A stretch of 64,000 nt of DNA from an uncultured Acidobacteriota bacterium (GCA_963824405.1 CAWGPK010000007.1:92176-156175); one strand, 5' to 3'; positions 38,383 to 47,593 are shown, numbered from the stretch's first letter. Made by a program: numbers and translations. The notes: generated by a model from the sequence alone, not told the origin.

Positions 38383-38536
38383 GCAACCTCGAAGTCCCCA
38401 TGCCGCTGTTTTCAAATCGATCGGACTCCGCTATACTTTTCGTACCAGTTCCCTCAAAACGTCCCCGGAAATGCGAGCAAGTTCGCTGACTTCTAAAGCA
38501 TTCAGCCTTTCACCCTAAAATAGCGTCAGGAGATCC

Positions 38537-38791
38537 ATGTTTAAAAAACGTAAGGCTAAAAAGCCTGGATTTGTGGAAAAAATCATTAAGCCTGTCTTCC
38601 CGGGCCAGCACGAAAAGGCGCAGATCGCGGTTGAAGGAGCCGACGACCTATACCGCGAAATTCGCATTGAGAATAGTCTCGAGGACGAAAACGGCCATAA
38701 GGTGAAATTGAAAGAGCATGCCCACGTCGATGTAGTCGTCGAAGCTGAGCCGGACCAGACCGTTCCTAAACACGGCCCGGCATCGGACTAA
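38537..38791 (+). CDS. Small charged hypothetical protein
   Basis: AGGAG RBS before the ATG; 84 aa, MFKKRKAKKPGFVEKIIKPVFPGQHEKAQIAVEGADDLYREIRIEN... Confidence 0.5.
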   Translation: MFKKRKAKKPGFVEKIIKPVFPGQHEKAQIAVEGADDLYREIRIENSLEDENGHKVKLKEHAHVDVVVEAEPDQTVPKHGPASD

Positions 38792-38999
38792 GGGCAAAAA
38801 CTGAGGTTAGCGAACGCTTCTCCGGTAATTACGGCCTGCGAACTCCGCGGAAAAGTTTACGAGAAAGAGACAATGTTCGTTGGCATTCAGGTTGCCAGGA
38901 GGCCTAAGATGTTAGCCAAGACGGCATGCTCGAGGAGCACCCGCGGCCGTTGCAGGGAATGATCTCCCCTCGCGCTCCCTGGGAAGTCAGGAGAAGCAC

Positions 39000-40613
39000 A
39001 TGAAGTCCCTAAGCTTCCTCGCCAAGTCGCGCGCCCAATCATTCGACCCGCCGCGAACCGACGTGCCAAATCTTGAGGTGCTGCCTTTGCGCCGCAATTC
39101 AGGTAACTCGCAACTAGCCGAATCGAGTAGGCTCGCGGCCATCCTTGCTTTTCTGTTTGCGCTCTGCTTCTTCGCCGGCACGCCCGCCAAGGCCCAGGAC
39201 TACAGCCATATCCGCATCGTGCGCCTGAGCTTCATCGAAGGAAATGTGCAGTATCAGCGCCCCGGCCAGGATTGGCAGGACGCCAAGTTGAACCTGCCCA
39301 TCGAGCAGGGTTACGTGCTGCGCACCGACAATGGCTATGCTGAAGTGGAGTTTGAATCGGGATTGGAGATGAGGCTGGCGACGAACTCGTCGGTCGAATT
39401 TACGGAATTATCGCTGGTGGATGGCGGACACGTGACACGGCTGCGCTTCACTGCCGGCACCGCCAGCGTCGACGCCAAGCTCTCCAAGGCCGATCGGCTC
39501 TCCCTCGCCGCGTCCAATTTCCAGGTGAACGTGCCTCACGACGCGCGCTTCCGCATAGACACCTCCACCGCCGAGAGTTGGGTGAGCGTATTCCACGGCA
39601 AAGTCGCGGTTCAGTCCGGCTCCGATTCGGCAGCGATCAATGTGAGCGGAGGGCAATCGGTGCACGAGAGCGCCGAGGATTTGGCTTCGCTGCAAATCCA
39701 GAAAGACCCGCCGCGCGACGCCTTTGACAAATGGGTTGCCCAACGCGACGACGGTATCTCCGATGCCCGCGCCGACATGTCCGACGCTTTTCGCGGCAAC
39801 TCCTACACCACCGGATTTGCCGACCTCGATCTCTATGGCGGCTGGGCCGACGTGCCTGGCTACGGCTGGGGTTGGCAGCCCTATGGAGTGGCCTCTGGAT
39901 GGGTTCCTTTTTATTCCGGGCAGTGGATGTTCATGGGCGACACCGGATGGAATTGGGTGAGCGCGGAGCCCTGGGGATGGTTTCCTTACCACTTTGGCGG
40001 ATGGGTGAATGCATCTGGCATGGGATGGATGTGGGTGCCGCAAGGGCCGCTTGCGTGGCAGCCCGCCACGGCCACCTGGGTACAAACGGGCAATCAAGTG
40101 GGATGGACACCTGTTCTGGCCTCGCCTCTGAAGCCGACGAAGACTCCGATCGGTCAGGCAGCTTTGCCTGCTGCTCGCACGCTGATCGTGGCCTCCGCCG
40201 CGAATGGAGCTACGATTGGGCCGGCTCGGGTTGAACGGATCGCCTCGGCCGATGTTGCCAGGGCTCACATCGTCGTACCCGTCGCGCCGACCAGCACGGC
40301 AGTGGCCGCGCCTGTGAACACGGCAGGGAATCGGCCCGTCACGAACACAACCTTCGCTGCGAACCGGATTCAGCGTTTCTCCCCGACTGCCTTCAACTCC
40401 ACCCGGCCTTCTCTGCAAGCGCCGCGCTCGGCGCCGCTTCCCAGAATGATGTCTGCCGGGGGAGTGGGCTCAGGCTTTAGCGGAGTGGGTCGTGGTGGCG
40501 TTCCCGGCGGCGTTGGAAGAATCGGTGGCGGCGGGGGCGGCGCGCGTGCTGGTTTTTCTGCAGGTCATGTGTCGGGTGGCGGCGGCCATTCCTCGGGCGG
40601 CGGACACCGCTAG
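39000..40613 (+). CDS. FecR-like domain protein with Trp-rich (YxWGxW-like) region and Gly-rich tail
   Basis: ...IRIVRLSFIEGNVQYQR...GYVLRTDNGYAEVEF..., then GWGWQPYGVASGWVPFYSGQWMFMGDTGWNWV..., then poly-Gly. The start may be the GTG near 39078, just before the hydrophobic leader. Confidence 0.65.
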   Translation: MKSLSFLAKSRAQSFDPPRTDVPNLEVLPLRRNSGNSQLAESSRLAAILAFLFALCFFAGTPAKAQDYSHIRIVRLSFIEGNVQYQRPGQDWQDAKLNLPIEQGYVLRTDNGYAEVEFESGLEMRLATNSSVEFTELSLVDGGHVTRLRFTAGTASVDAKLSKADRLSLAASNFQVNVPHDARFRIDTSTAESWVSVFHGKVAVQSGSDSAAINVSGGQSVHESAEDLASLQIQKDPPRDAFDKWVAQRDDGISDARADMSDAFRGNSYTTGFADLDLYGGWADVPGYGWGWQPYGVASGWVPFYSGQWMFMGDTGWNWVSAEPWGWFPYHFGGWVNASGMGWMWVPQGPLAWQPATATWVQTGNQVGWTPVLASPLKPTKTPIGQAALPAARTLIVASAANGATIGPARVERIASADVARAHIVVPVAPTSTAVAAPVNTAGNRPVTNTTFAANRIQRFSPTAFNSTRPSLQAPRSAPLPRMMSAGGVGSGFSGVGRGGVPGGVGRIGGGGGGARAGFSAGHVSGGGGHSSGGGHR

Positions 40614-41017
40614 TTGCATCCAGTCGGCTCGCTCGATTCACGCACCCTTTTTTTCATGGCAGAGGCGAAGCGGCGGGCCATTCGTCGGCAACCGGGTGGG
40701 CGTATTTCGGCTGGTTCGGAAGCGCAGTGCTGAACGAGCGAAGTCTTTAGCGATTTGTTCGACGCCAATTGCGAAAAGTATTGCGGTTCTATCCCTCTCC
40801 GCCCGCCTCGCGCTCTTTGTCAGACGGCACATACTGCTCCTCGGGGTTAGGCTCGTCTGAGCCGCATGGTGTGCTTAACTCTCCCCGTTGTAAGCTCAGA
40901 AATGATGGCGCACACCCTTTTTTCGTGTCGTCGGTCGCTTTCTGATTCGACGCCTGCTTGGGAGCGTTCATAAATGTCCGCGCCTCCTGTGGGAACTCCG
41001 CTTGTCCTTCACTGCTT

Positions 41018-41239
41018 TCAGTTCTTTGCCAGCATGATTTGCCAGCAGTAGGCGAACTCGGTTGCGCCGCTGCAATCGTCGAATCGCACGCCATACTTCA
41101 ATTCCTGCCGCTGCAGAAGCGATTCGATGCACTGGCGCAGGTGGATCGACCGCAAAGCAAGAGGACATGATTTCGGGAACTGTCTCGGGTCCGAGAGCAA
41201 AAGGAAACCTCCGTTGCCGATAGTGTGCGGGATAAGCAT
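41018..41239 (-). CDS. Short ORF in an AT-rich patch, possible gene remnant
   Basis: 73 aa, MLIPHTIGNGGFLLLSDPRQFPKSC...YGVRFDDCSGATEFAYCWQIMLAKN. Codon pattern looks coding, but no family is recognised. Confidence 0.3.
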   Translation of the reverse strand: MLIPHTIGNGGFLLLSDPRQFPKSCPLALRSIHLRQCIESLLQRQELKYGVRFDDCSGATEFAYCWQIMLAKN

Positions 41240-41413
41240 CGCATTATGAAATACCGGTAAATGCCTAAGGTGCTTACGACAAACTCTGCAAGGATGGCCT
41301 TGCGCTCACCTGGGACTCGATCTCTCGAAACCGCGCAAATCTCGAACGCACACGAACGCGCGCGCGACAAAAAATTTACAAAGTTACAAACAATTGACAA
41401 AAATAATTCGAGG

Positions 41414-41455
41414 CAAAAAAAAAGGAAGCAGCTTTGGTACAACCGCCGCTGCTTC
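41414..41455 (-). terminator. Strong rho-independent terminator (minus strand)
   Basis: On the minus strand: GGAAGCAGC-15 nt loop-GCTGCTTCC followed by nine U (A9 at 41414-41422 on the plus strand). Confidence 0.7.
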
Positions 41456-41640
41456 CCGGGGTGTGTTCTATGAGTTGGCGGAAGTATAACATAATGGGTT
41501 TTGCTGTCTATAGGGGAGACGGCGTATCCACAAAAGCCCCCGCGCAGCGCCTGCCGCCTCCTAAAACGCCCTGGAATTTCTTCGCCCGCCGCGTGTTATA
41601 CTTCCGGTTGCGCTGCCTCGCCCGGCATGTAAATCATTAT
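41414..41640 (-). ncRNA. Candidate small RNA (structured region plus terminator); alternatively a plus-strand leader of the TRAP gene
   Basis: Minus-strand TATAAT at 41635-41640. Perfect 13-bp inverted repeat CGGAAGTATAACA (41478-41490) with TGTTATACTTCCG (41593-41605), enclosing about 100 nt. No convincing ORF. Ends at the terminator above. Confidence 0.3.
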
Positions 41641-41728
41641 AGGCACTAAGGATACGGGCGCGGGTAGCGTTGGGGAAGGGCCAGCCGTTAGGGGCCAACC
41701 GAAGAGTTTCGTCACAGGGAGGCGCGCC

Positions 41729-42754
41729 ATGCCGGGAATCTCGCGACGCCAATTCAACGCCAGCCTGCTCGCCGCCGGCGGAATGGCAGCCGGAATGACT
41801 CTCTTTGACCGCACAGCCGCTGCCGCCGATTTCAAGCTGCGGCAATTTCACAATCAACCCGCCGACAGCCCTTTGCACAAGCGCCTGGTCGAAATGTGGG
41901 CCGCGGTAAAAATGGAAACCGGCGGCCGCGTCGACGTCGCTACGTTTCCCGACAACGACCAGCTCCCCGGCAGCGATCCCGCCGCGCTGAAAATGCTGAT
42001 CGACGGCGAGCTCGATTTCTTCACCCTGAACGGCGGCATCATCGGCACCGTCGTGCCCTCCGCCAACGTGCAGGGCATCCCCTTCGCATTCCACGACGAG
42101 GCCCAGGTCTATCGCGCCATCGACGGCGACCTCGGCGCCTATCTCGCCAGGGAGATGGCGGCCAAGGGAATTTACGCGCTGCCGCGCTGCTGCTTTGAAA
42201 ATGGTTTTCGCGAGATCAGTTGCTCGCTTCGTCCCATTCGCACCGTCGACGATCTGCACGGACTGAAGATGCGCTCGCCCGATACGCCCATCTATATCGA
42301 ATGCTGGCAGGCGCTCGGCGCCACGCCCGTCGCCGTCAATTTCAATAAGATCTACGAGTCGCTGAAGACCGGCCAGGCCGACGCGCAGGATAATCCACTG
42401 AACGTGGTGGAACTGCTGAAGCTCTACGAAGTGCAGAAGTACATCAGCCTCACCAACCACATCTGGTCCGGCTTCAATCTCATCGCCAACCTGAAAATGT
42501 GGCAGCGCTTTCCGACCGATGTGCAGCGCGTGATCCAGCGCAATGCGGAGAAGTACGTTAAGCTGCAGCGCAGCGATACGGACACCATGAACCACGATCT
42601 CGCCCCGCGGCTGGTTCAGCGCGGCATGATGATCAATTCGCCGGACGCCGCCGGTTTCCGCGCCCGCCTCGGCTCCTACTACGCGCGCTGGAAAGAGACC
42701 ATCGGCCCCAAGGCCTGGGCGCTGCTCGAAGGCCACGTCGGCAAGATGGGCTAA
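41729..42754 (+). CDS. TRAP transporter solute-binding protein (DctP family) with Tat-type leader
   Basis: MPGISRRQFNASLLAAGGMAAG... then a DctP-like body (..DFFTLNGG..GIPFAF..LKMRSP..W.ALGA.PV...E.Y.SLKTGQADAQDNPL). Confidence 0.85.
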   Translation: MPGISRRQFNASLLAAGGMAAGMTLFDRTAAAADFKLRQFHNQPADSPLHKRLVEMWAAVKMETGGRVDVATFPDNDQLPGSDPAALKMLIDGELDFFTLNGGIIGTVVPSANVQGIPFAFHDEAQVYRAIDGDLGAYLAREMAAKGIYALPRCCFENGFREISCSLRPIRTVDDLHGLKMRSPDTPIYIECWQALGATPVAVNFNKIYESLKTGQADAQDNPLNVVELLKLYEVQKYISLTNHIWSGFNLIANLKMWQRFPTDVQRVIQRNAEKYVKLQRSDTDTMNHDLAPRLVQRGMMINSPDAAGFRARLGSYYARWKETIGPKAWALLEGHVGKMG

Positions 42755-42917
42755 GCTTTTCTTGAATCGTTTCGAATCACGAGACTAGAGTCTCGCGTCT
42801 CGCGCCGTTGTTTCTGTAGCTCAGGTCGCGCCTGCGCTCGGCGCGGCAGCGCACGTAAGAAAGAAGTCGGCGGGAGACCTGAGGTTTCTTCGCTCTCCGG
42901 CTTTTTCCGGCCCGGCC

Positions 42918-43691
42918 TCAGGCGCGGAACGCCCGCGTGCCTCCCGGCAGCGCGCTCGTTCCGCCGTCGACCACGACCTCCTGCCCCTGCACGTACGACG
43001 AATCGCTCGAGGCCAGGAACAGCACGGCGCGCGCCATCTCTTCCGCCTCGCCCCAGCGCTCGAGCGGCACGATGCGCGGCAGCCGCTCATTCACCGCCGC
43101 GATCTGTTCCGGCGTGCGCGTGCGCTCCCACAGCGGCGTGCGCGTGTATCCCGGCGTCACCACGTTCACGCGAATCCCGCGCGGGCTCAGCTCCGCCGCC
43201 AGGCACTGCGCCATCGTTCGCACCGCCGCCTTGCTGCCCGCGTAAGCCGAATATCCGGGCGCGCCGATTTTGCTGGTCAGCGAACCCACCAGCACGATCG
43301 TCGCGCCGTCGCTCAAGAGCGGCAGCGCTCCCTGCACCGTGAAGAACACGGAAGTAAAGTTGAGCTGCACCTGCTTCTCGAACTCGGCCACTTCGGTTTT
43401 CCCCAGCGGCGTGGGAGCGGAATATCCCGCGCAGGCCACTAGCACGTCCAGCACTGCGAAGCGCCGCTTCACCTCCGCGAACATGCGCTCACGCTCCGCC
43501 GCGTCGGTAACGTCGGCGCGTACCGCAAAGCCTTCCACGCCGAATTCGTCCGCCGCGCGCCACAGCGTCTCCTCGTTCCGTCCCACGATGGCCGACTGCG
43601 CGCCCTCTTCGATGAAGAGTCGGGCCGTGGCCAGCCCGATGCCGCTATTGCCTCCGGTAATCAGCGCGAATTTTCCGTCAAGTTTTCCCAT
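42918..43691 (-). CDS. SDR-family oxidoreductase
   Basis: ATG at 43689-43691 (complement). MGKLDGKFALITGGNSGIG and YAGSK (YxxxK). Confidence 0.85.
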   Translation of the reverse strand: MGKLDGKFALITGGNSGIGLATARLFIEEGAQSAIVGRNEETLWRAADEFGVEGFAVRADVTDAAERERMFAEVKRRFAVLDVLVACAGYSAPTPLGKTEVAEFEKQVQLNFTSVFFTVQGALPLLSDGATIVLVGSLTSKIGAPGYSAYAGSKAAVRTMAQCLAAELSPRGIRVNVVTPGYTRTPLWERTRTPEQIAAVNERLPRIVPLERWGEAEEMARAVLFLASSDSSYVQGQEVVVDGGTSALPGGTRAFRA

Positions 43692-44089
43692 GCCCGTGTC
43701 ACTCCTCGTCTTCCGCTGCGCCCTGTGCGCCGCAAGCAGCGCCCCCAGAGTAACGCGGCCTGCCCGATTCCCGGAAGCCGTCGCGACTCTTCGGAACTTT
43801 GTTCCGCGTCCTTGGCAAGGCTGGGCGCTCGCGCTTATACTCTCGGGCTGCTGTTGAACTCGGCGCCTCGGCTTTGTGGCGCGCAGGTGGAACGCAAATT
43901 GGTCGTCTTGGGTCACTGCCAACCGAATCGGCTGTTCCGCCTCCGCTCCCCGCAAGGCTTTACTTGACTACCTGCCTAATGGCGCCGGGCGGCCGCCTCA
44001 GATTCACCGCCACAATCTAGCAATGCCTATCCGGATAGCCTTCGGGCAATCCGAGCAGACCGCTTGCTGGAAACTCCTACTTCGCTATC

Positions 44090-44140
44090 GAAGTTCTCTG
44101 GCGAAGTTCTTTCTTGGTTCTTGAACTTCTCTCTTGAACT
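44090..44140. promoter_or_regulatory. Array of GAAGTTC / GAACTTC half-sites
   Basis: GAAGTTCT at 44090-44097 and 44103-44110. TTGAACTTCT at 44121-44130. TTGAACT at 44134-44140. The array lies 30-80 nt upstream of ATG 44172. Confidence 0.5.
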
Positions 44141-44171
44141 GCGGCTTGAGCCGCGGAGGACATGAGGACAT

Positions 44172-45308
44172 ATGGCGGACGTTCAGTCTCTGTTAGTGGC
44201 AAACGAAAAACTGTCTCGGGAAGTTCTGGGTCCTGGAGCCGACCAGATCGACCAGGCGCGCCGGTTCCCGCGCGAGAACATTGCGGCTCTGGGCCAAGCT
44301 GGCGTGCTCGGCCTGCTTGTTCCGGCTCAATTTGGCGGCGCCGGCGCGAGCCTGGGAGAGATGTCGCGGGTGCTGGACACGCAGGCCCAGGCGTGCGCGT
44401 CTACCGCGATGGTCACGCTGATGCACTATTGCGCCACAGCGGTGATCGCCGCGAAAGGCAGCGACGAGCTGAAGCAAGAGTTGCTGCCATCTATCGCGCG
44501 TGGCGGGCATCTCAGCACGCTGGCCTTTAGCGAGGCTGGCTCCGGAGGACACTTCTACGCCCCTGTGAGCGAAGTGCGCCAAAAACGGCTGAGCGCAAGC
44601 AAGAGCTTCGTGACCAGCGCGGGCGAGGCGGATAGCTTCGTCGTCTCGGCTCGGAAAGCGGGCGCGGCGGGTCCTACGGAGTCTAATCTCTACCTAATTT
44701 CCAAGGGCACCGTCGGCGTGGCTGTGCTGGGGCGTTTCGAAGGACTGGGCCTGGCAGGGAACGACAGTGCTCCGATGACGCTCACTAACGTCTCCGTCGG
44801 GGACGAAAAGCGCCTGGGCCCCGAGGGCAGCGGATTTCAATCCATGCTCGAAGTTGTTCTGCCGCACTTTCAGATCGGCGTGGCATCCGTTTCAGTGGGC
44901 ATCGCTACGGCGGCGTTCCAGACGATCGTCGCGCACGTGGGATCCAGAAAATATGAACACGCTGCTGGCGCCGCGCTGGCATCGATTCCGCGCGTGCAAT
45001 TCCTGGTGGCCGAGATGGCGCTGGAACTGAACTCGGCGCGCGCTTATCTGGGCGAAACGATCAGAAAAGCTCTTGCCGGCGATCCGGCGGCGATGCTGGA
45101 CGTGCTGGGCGCGAAAGTGAAAGCGGCGGACGCATGTCTGAACGTGGTTTCGCGGGCCATGACCCTGGGCGGCGGATGGGCCTTCGGACGCCGAGGCGGC
45201 CTGGAGCGAAACTTCCGGGACGCGCAGGCGGCCGCGGTGATGGCGCCGTCGAGCGATGTGTTGAAGGATTTCATGGGCAAGGCTTGCCTGGGCTTGCCGT
45301 TGTTCTAG
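44172..45308 (+). CDS. Acyl-CoA dehydrogenase family protein
   Basis: 378 aa with ACAD-like layout throughout (...LGLLVPAQFGGAG...TLAFSEAGSGGH...RNFRDAQAA...). Confidence 0.85.
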   Translation: MADVQSLLVANEKLSREVLGPGADQIDQARRFPRENIAALGQAGVLGLLVPAQFGGAGASLGEMSRVLDTQAQACASTAMVTLMHYCATAVIAAKGSDELKQELLPSIARGGHLSTLAFSEAGSGGHFYAPVSEVRQKRLSASKSFVTSAGEADSFVVSARKAGAAGPTESNLYLISKGTVGVAVLGRFEGLGLAGNDSAPMTLTNVSVGDEKRLGPEGSGFQSMLEVVLPHFQIGVASVSVGIATAAFQTIVAHVGSRKYEHAAGAALASIPRVQFLVAEMALELNSARAYLGETIRKALAGDPAAMLDVLGAKVKAADACLNVVSRAMTLGGGWAFGRRGGLERNFRDAQAAAVMAPSSDVLKDFMGKACLGLPLF

Positions 45309-45329
45309 CTAGAGACTGGAGGAGGAGTC

Positions 45330-46181
45330 ATGACCGGCACATCTCGCAGCAAGGCGTTGCGTATTGGCGCCGTGGCCTACGATCCCAAAGTCGTGACCAT
45401 CTGGGAGGGCTTCAAGGATTATTTCGCGGCGCGCGGCGTGGAGATCGACTTCGTCCTCTACTCCACATACGACGCGCAGGTGGACGCGAACCTGAGCGGC
45501 GAAATCGACGTGGCCTGGAATTCGCCGCTGGCCTGGGTGAAGAGCCAGATCGTCAGCGGCGACGGTTGCCGCGCGATTGCCATGCGCGATTCGGACCGCG
45601 ACTTGACCACCAAGATTCTGGTGGGCACAAATTCCAAACTGACCTCGCTCGCCGATCTCAAGGGCAAGACCGTGGCGGTGGGCGCTTCGGATTCGCCGCA
45701 GGCGACTCTGATTCCACTGGGAATGATCGCCGACGCCGGCCTCGATCCGGGCCGCGACTTTCGCGTCTCCTACAACGACGTAATGGTCGGCAAGCACGGC
45801 GATCACGTGGGGGGCGAACGCGAAGCTGCCAAGGCTCTGGCGGCGGGCCTGGCCGACGCCGCGTGCGTCCTGGATGCCAACTATCCGGTGTTCATCAACG
45901 AGGGTACGCTCGATCCGGGGACCACGCGGGTGCTGGCCACGACGCCTCCTTTCGATCACTGCAACTTTACGGTGCGCGCCGACCGAGCAGACAAGCGGGT
46001 ACAGGCGTTCGTCGATACTCTGCTGGCCATGTCGTTTCAGGATCCGAAGGTGCGCGTGCTGATGGAACTCGAAGGGCTGAAGCAGTGGCTGCCCGCGCGC
46101 ACCACGGGCTACGCGCAACTCGAGAAAGCGGTGCACCGCTTCAATTTTTATGGCTCCGCCGCTTCCATAGCGGGTAACTGA
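45330..46181 (+). CDS. PhnD/SsuA-like substrate-binding-fold protein without a signal peptide
   Basis: ...LRIGAVAYDPKV...GEIDVAWNSPLAWV...LADLKGKTVAVGASDSPQATLIPL... No hydrophobic leader. Confidence 0.7.
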   Translation: MTGTSRSKALRIGAVAYDPKVVTIWEGFKDYFAARGVEIDFVLYSTYDAQVDANLSGEIDVAWNSPLAWVKSQIVSGDGCRAIAMRDSDRDLTTKILVGTNSKLTSLADLKGKTVAVGASDSPQATLIPLGMIADAGLDPGRDFRVSYNDVMVGKHGDHVGGEREAAKALAAGLADAACVLDANYPVFINEGTLDPGTTRVLATTPPFDHCNFTVRADRADKRVQAFVDTLLAMSFQDPKVRVLMELEGLKQWLPARTTGYAQLEKAVHRFNFYGSAASIAGN

Positions 46182-46209
46182 GGAGTTCGCTTAAGTAGCC
46201 GAATCCGCC

Positions 46210-47391
46210 ATGCCCGATTCCACACCCAAACAGCAGCTTGATCTCGAAGACTTGGCGCTGCACGAAGGCGCCACGGTCCTCTTGCGCCGTGCGCTGGCGC
46301 AATTGCGCGCAGGGGATTGGTTCGAAGTTCGCGGGGATTCGCCCCAGCTTGCCGAGCAGTTGGCGGCATGGTGCCGGAAAGAAGGTCATCACTGCGAGCC
46401 CAAGCTGGGTGTGGCCGGAGTGTACCGCATACAATCGGGCGGACTCGCGCCGTCCATCGCCACGTCTCGCATGCAGATTGCCGAAACGGCCGATCCGGCT
46501 TGGGGCTTGGCTCCTCGCGGCGCGCGCGTCGAAAGCGGCGGACCCGACTTCGGCTTCACGCTGCGCGAGAAACGCGACGTGTGGGCAAGGGAGTTGAATG
46601 CGATTTACGGCCAGGCAACCGCGAATCAGTGGTCGGTGGGGCGAGACGTCCCGTGGGAAAAGCTTCCCAAGCTGCCCACGGAGGTCGAAAACGCGGTCGC
46701 CCAAATTATGACCTTTCTCACGGAGAACGAGTTTGCGGCTTTATACGTGCCTGCGCGATTCATTCCCCGCATTCACCCTCATTACCGCGAGGTGGTAGAA
46801 GTGCTTGCCATGCAAGTGGTGGACGAGGCGCGGCACGCGGAAGCGTTCACTCGCCGGGCTGAAGCCGGCGGCGCGGGACTGGGCACGACCGCCGTCAGCG
46901 GGCAGCTTTCGCTGAAGACGCTTCTCGAGGAGCCCGACTTCACCACCGCCACATTTCTTCTGTGCGTGATGGGCGAAGGAACCTTCCTCACGCTTCTGAA
47001 GTTCCTGGCCGAACACGCGCCCGACCCGGTTACCGCCGCGCTCGCGCTCTTGGCGCACCGGGACGAGGCGCGGCACGTGGCGTTTGGCGTTGAGCACACG
47101 CGCTACGTCTTCGAGCGCGAGCCGGAAACACGCCTTTCGATGACCGCCGCGGTCGAGCGACGCAGCCAGATGCTGGCGTCAATCTCGGGCCTCAGCCCTT
47201 ACGTTCACGACGCGCTGGTGATTTACGCGGGGGGCGGCGTTGCGGTGGAACAAATTCGCAAGGGCGCGCGCCACGTGGCCGAGCTTCAGCGCGAGATGGA
47301 TCGCACGCGCCGGGAGCGCTTGCAATCGCTGGGCTTTGAGCCAGCGGCCGCGTTTCAGATGTCCGCGTATCACACCAAGAACTTCATGTGA
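46210..47391 (+). CDS. TusA-like (Cys-less) domain fused to a ferritin-like diiron-carboxylate domain
   Basis: N-terminus LDLEDLALHEGATVLLRRALAQLRAGDWFEVRGDS... has the TusA/SirA shape without the CPxP Cys. The body carries E (ENEFAA), DEARHAE, E (MGEGTF) and DEARHVAFG, i.e. the E/ExxH/E/ExxH diiron ligand pattern. Confidence 0.65.
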   Translation: MPDSTPKQQLDLEDLALHEGATVLLRRALAQLRAGDWFEVRGDSPQLAEQLAAWCRKEGHHCEPKLGVAGVYRIQSGGLAPSIATSRMQIAETADPAWGLAPRGARVESGGPDFGFTLREKRDVWARELNAIYGQATANQWSVGRDVPWEKLPKLPTEVENAVAQIMTFLTENEFAALYVPARFIPRIHPHYREVVEVLAMQVVDEARHAEAFTRRAEAGGAGLGTTAVSGQLSLKTLLEEPDFTTATFLLCVMGEGTFLTLLKFLAEHAPDPVTAALALLAHRDEARHVAFGVEHTRYVFEREPETRLSMTAAVERRSQMLASISGLSPYVHDALVIYAGGGVAVEQIRKGARHVAELQREMDRTRRERLQSLGFEPAAAFQMSAYHTKNFM

Positions 47392-47593
47392 CGCCCTCGA
47401 ACCCGCCTGGGCTTCCTTGAGGCGTGGCTTGGCCCGTGGGTGCACGTTGACCCGGCATTTGGGGTTGCAGTAGTCTTGGGTCTCCGCCGGCGAGAAGTTT
47501 CGAGCGGCGCGGTATACCCCGTAAGCCACGCAATTGCCATGAACCAATTCGAGCACAATTCAAGTCCAAGATTCGTCTTGCGAAAGGAGTGTC

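Noticed and set aside
41421-41460. SRP (4.5S) RNA because of the AGGAAGCAGC motif
   Set aside because: The motif is part of a perfectly paired stem followed, on the minus strand, by a U-run. This fits a terminator, not the asymmetric domain IV loop of SRP RNA.
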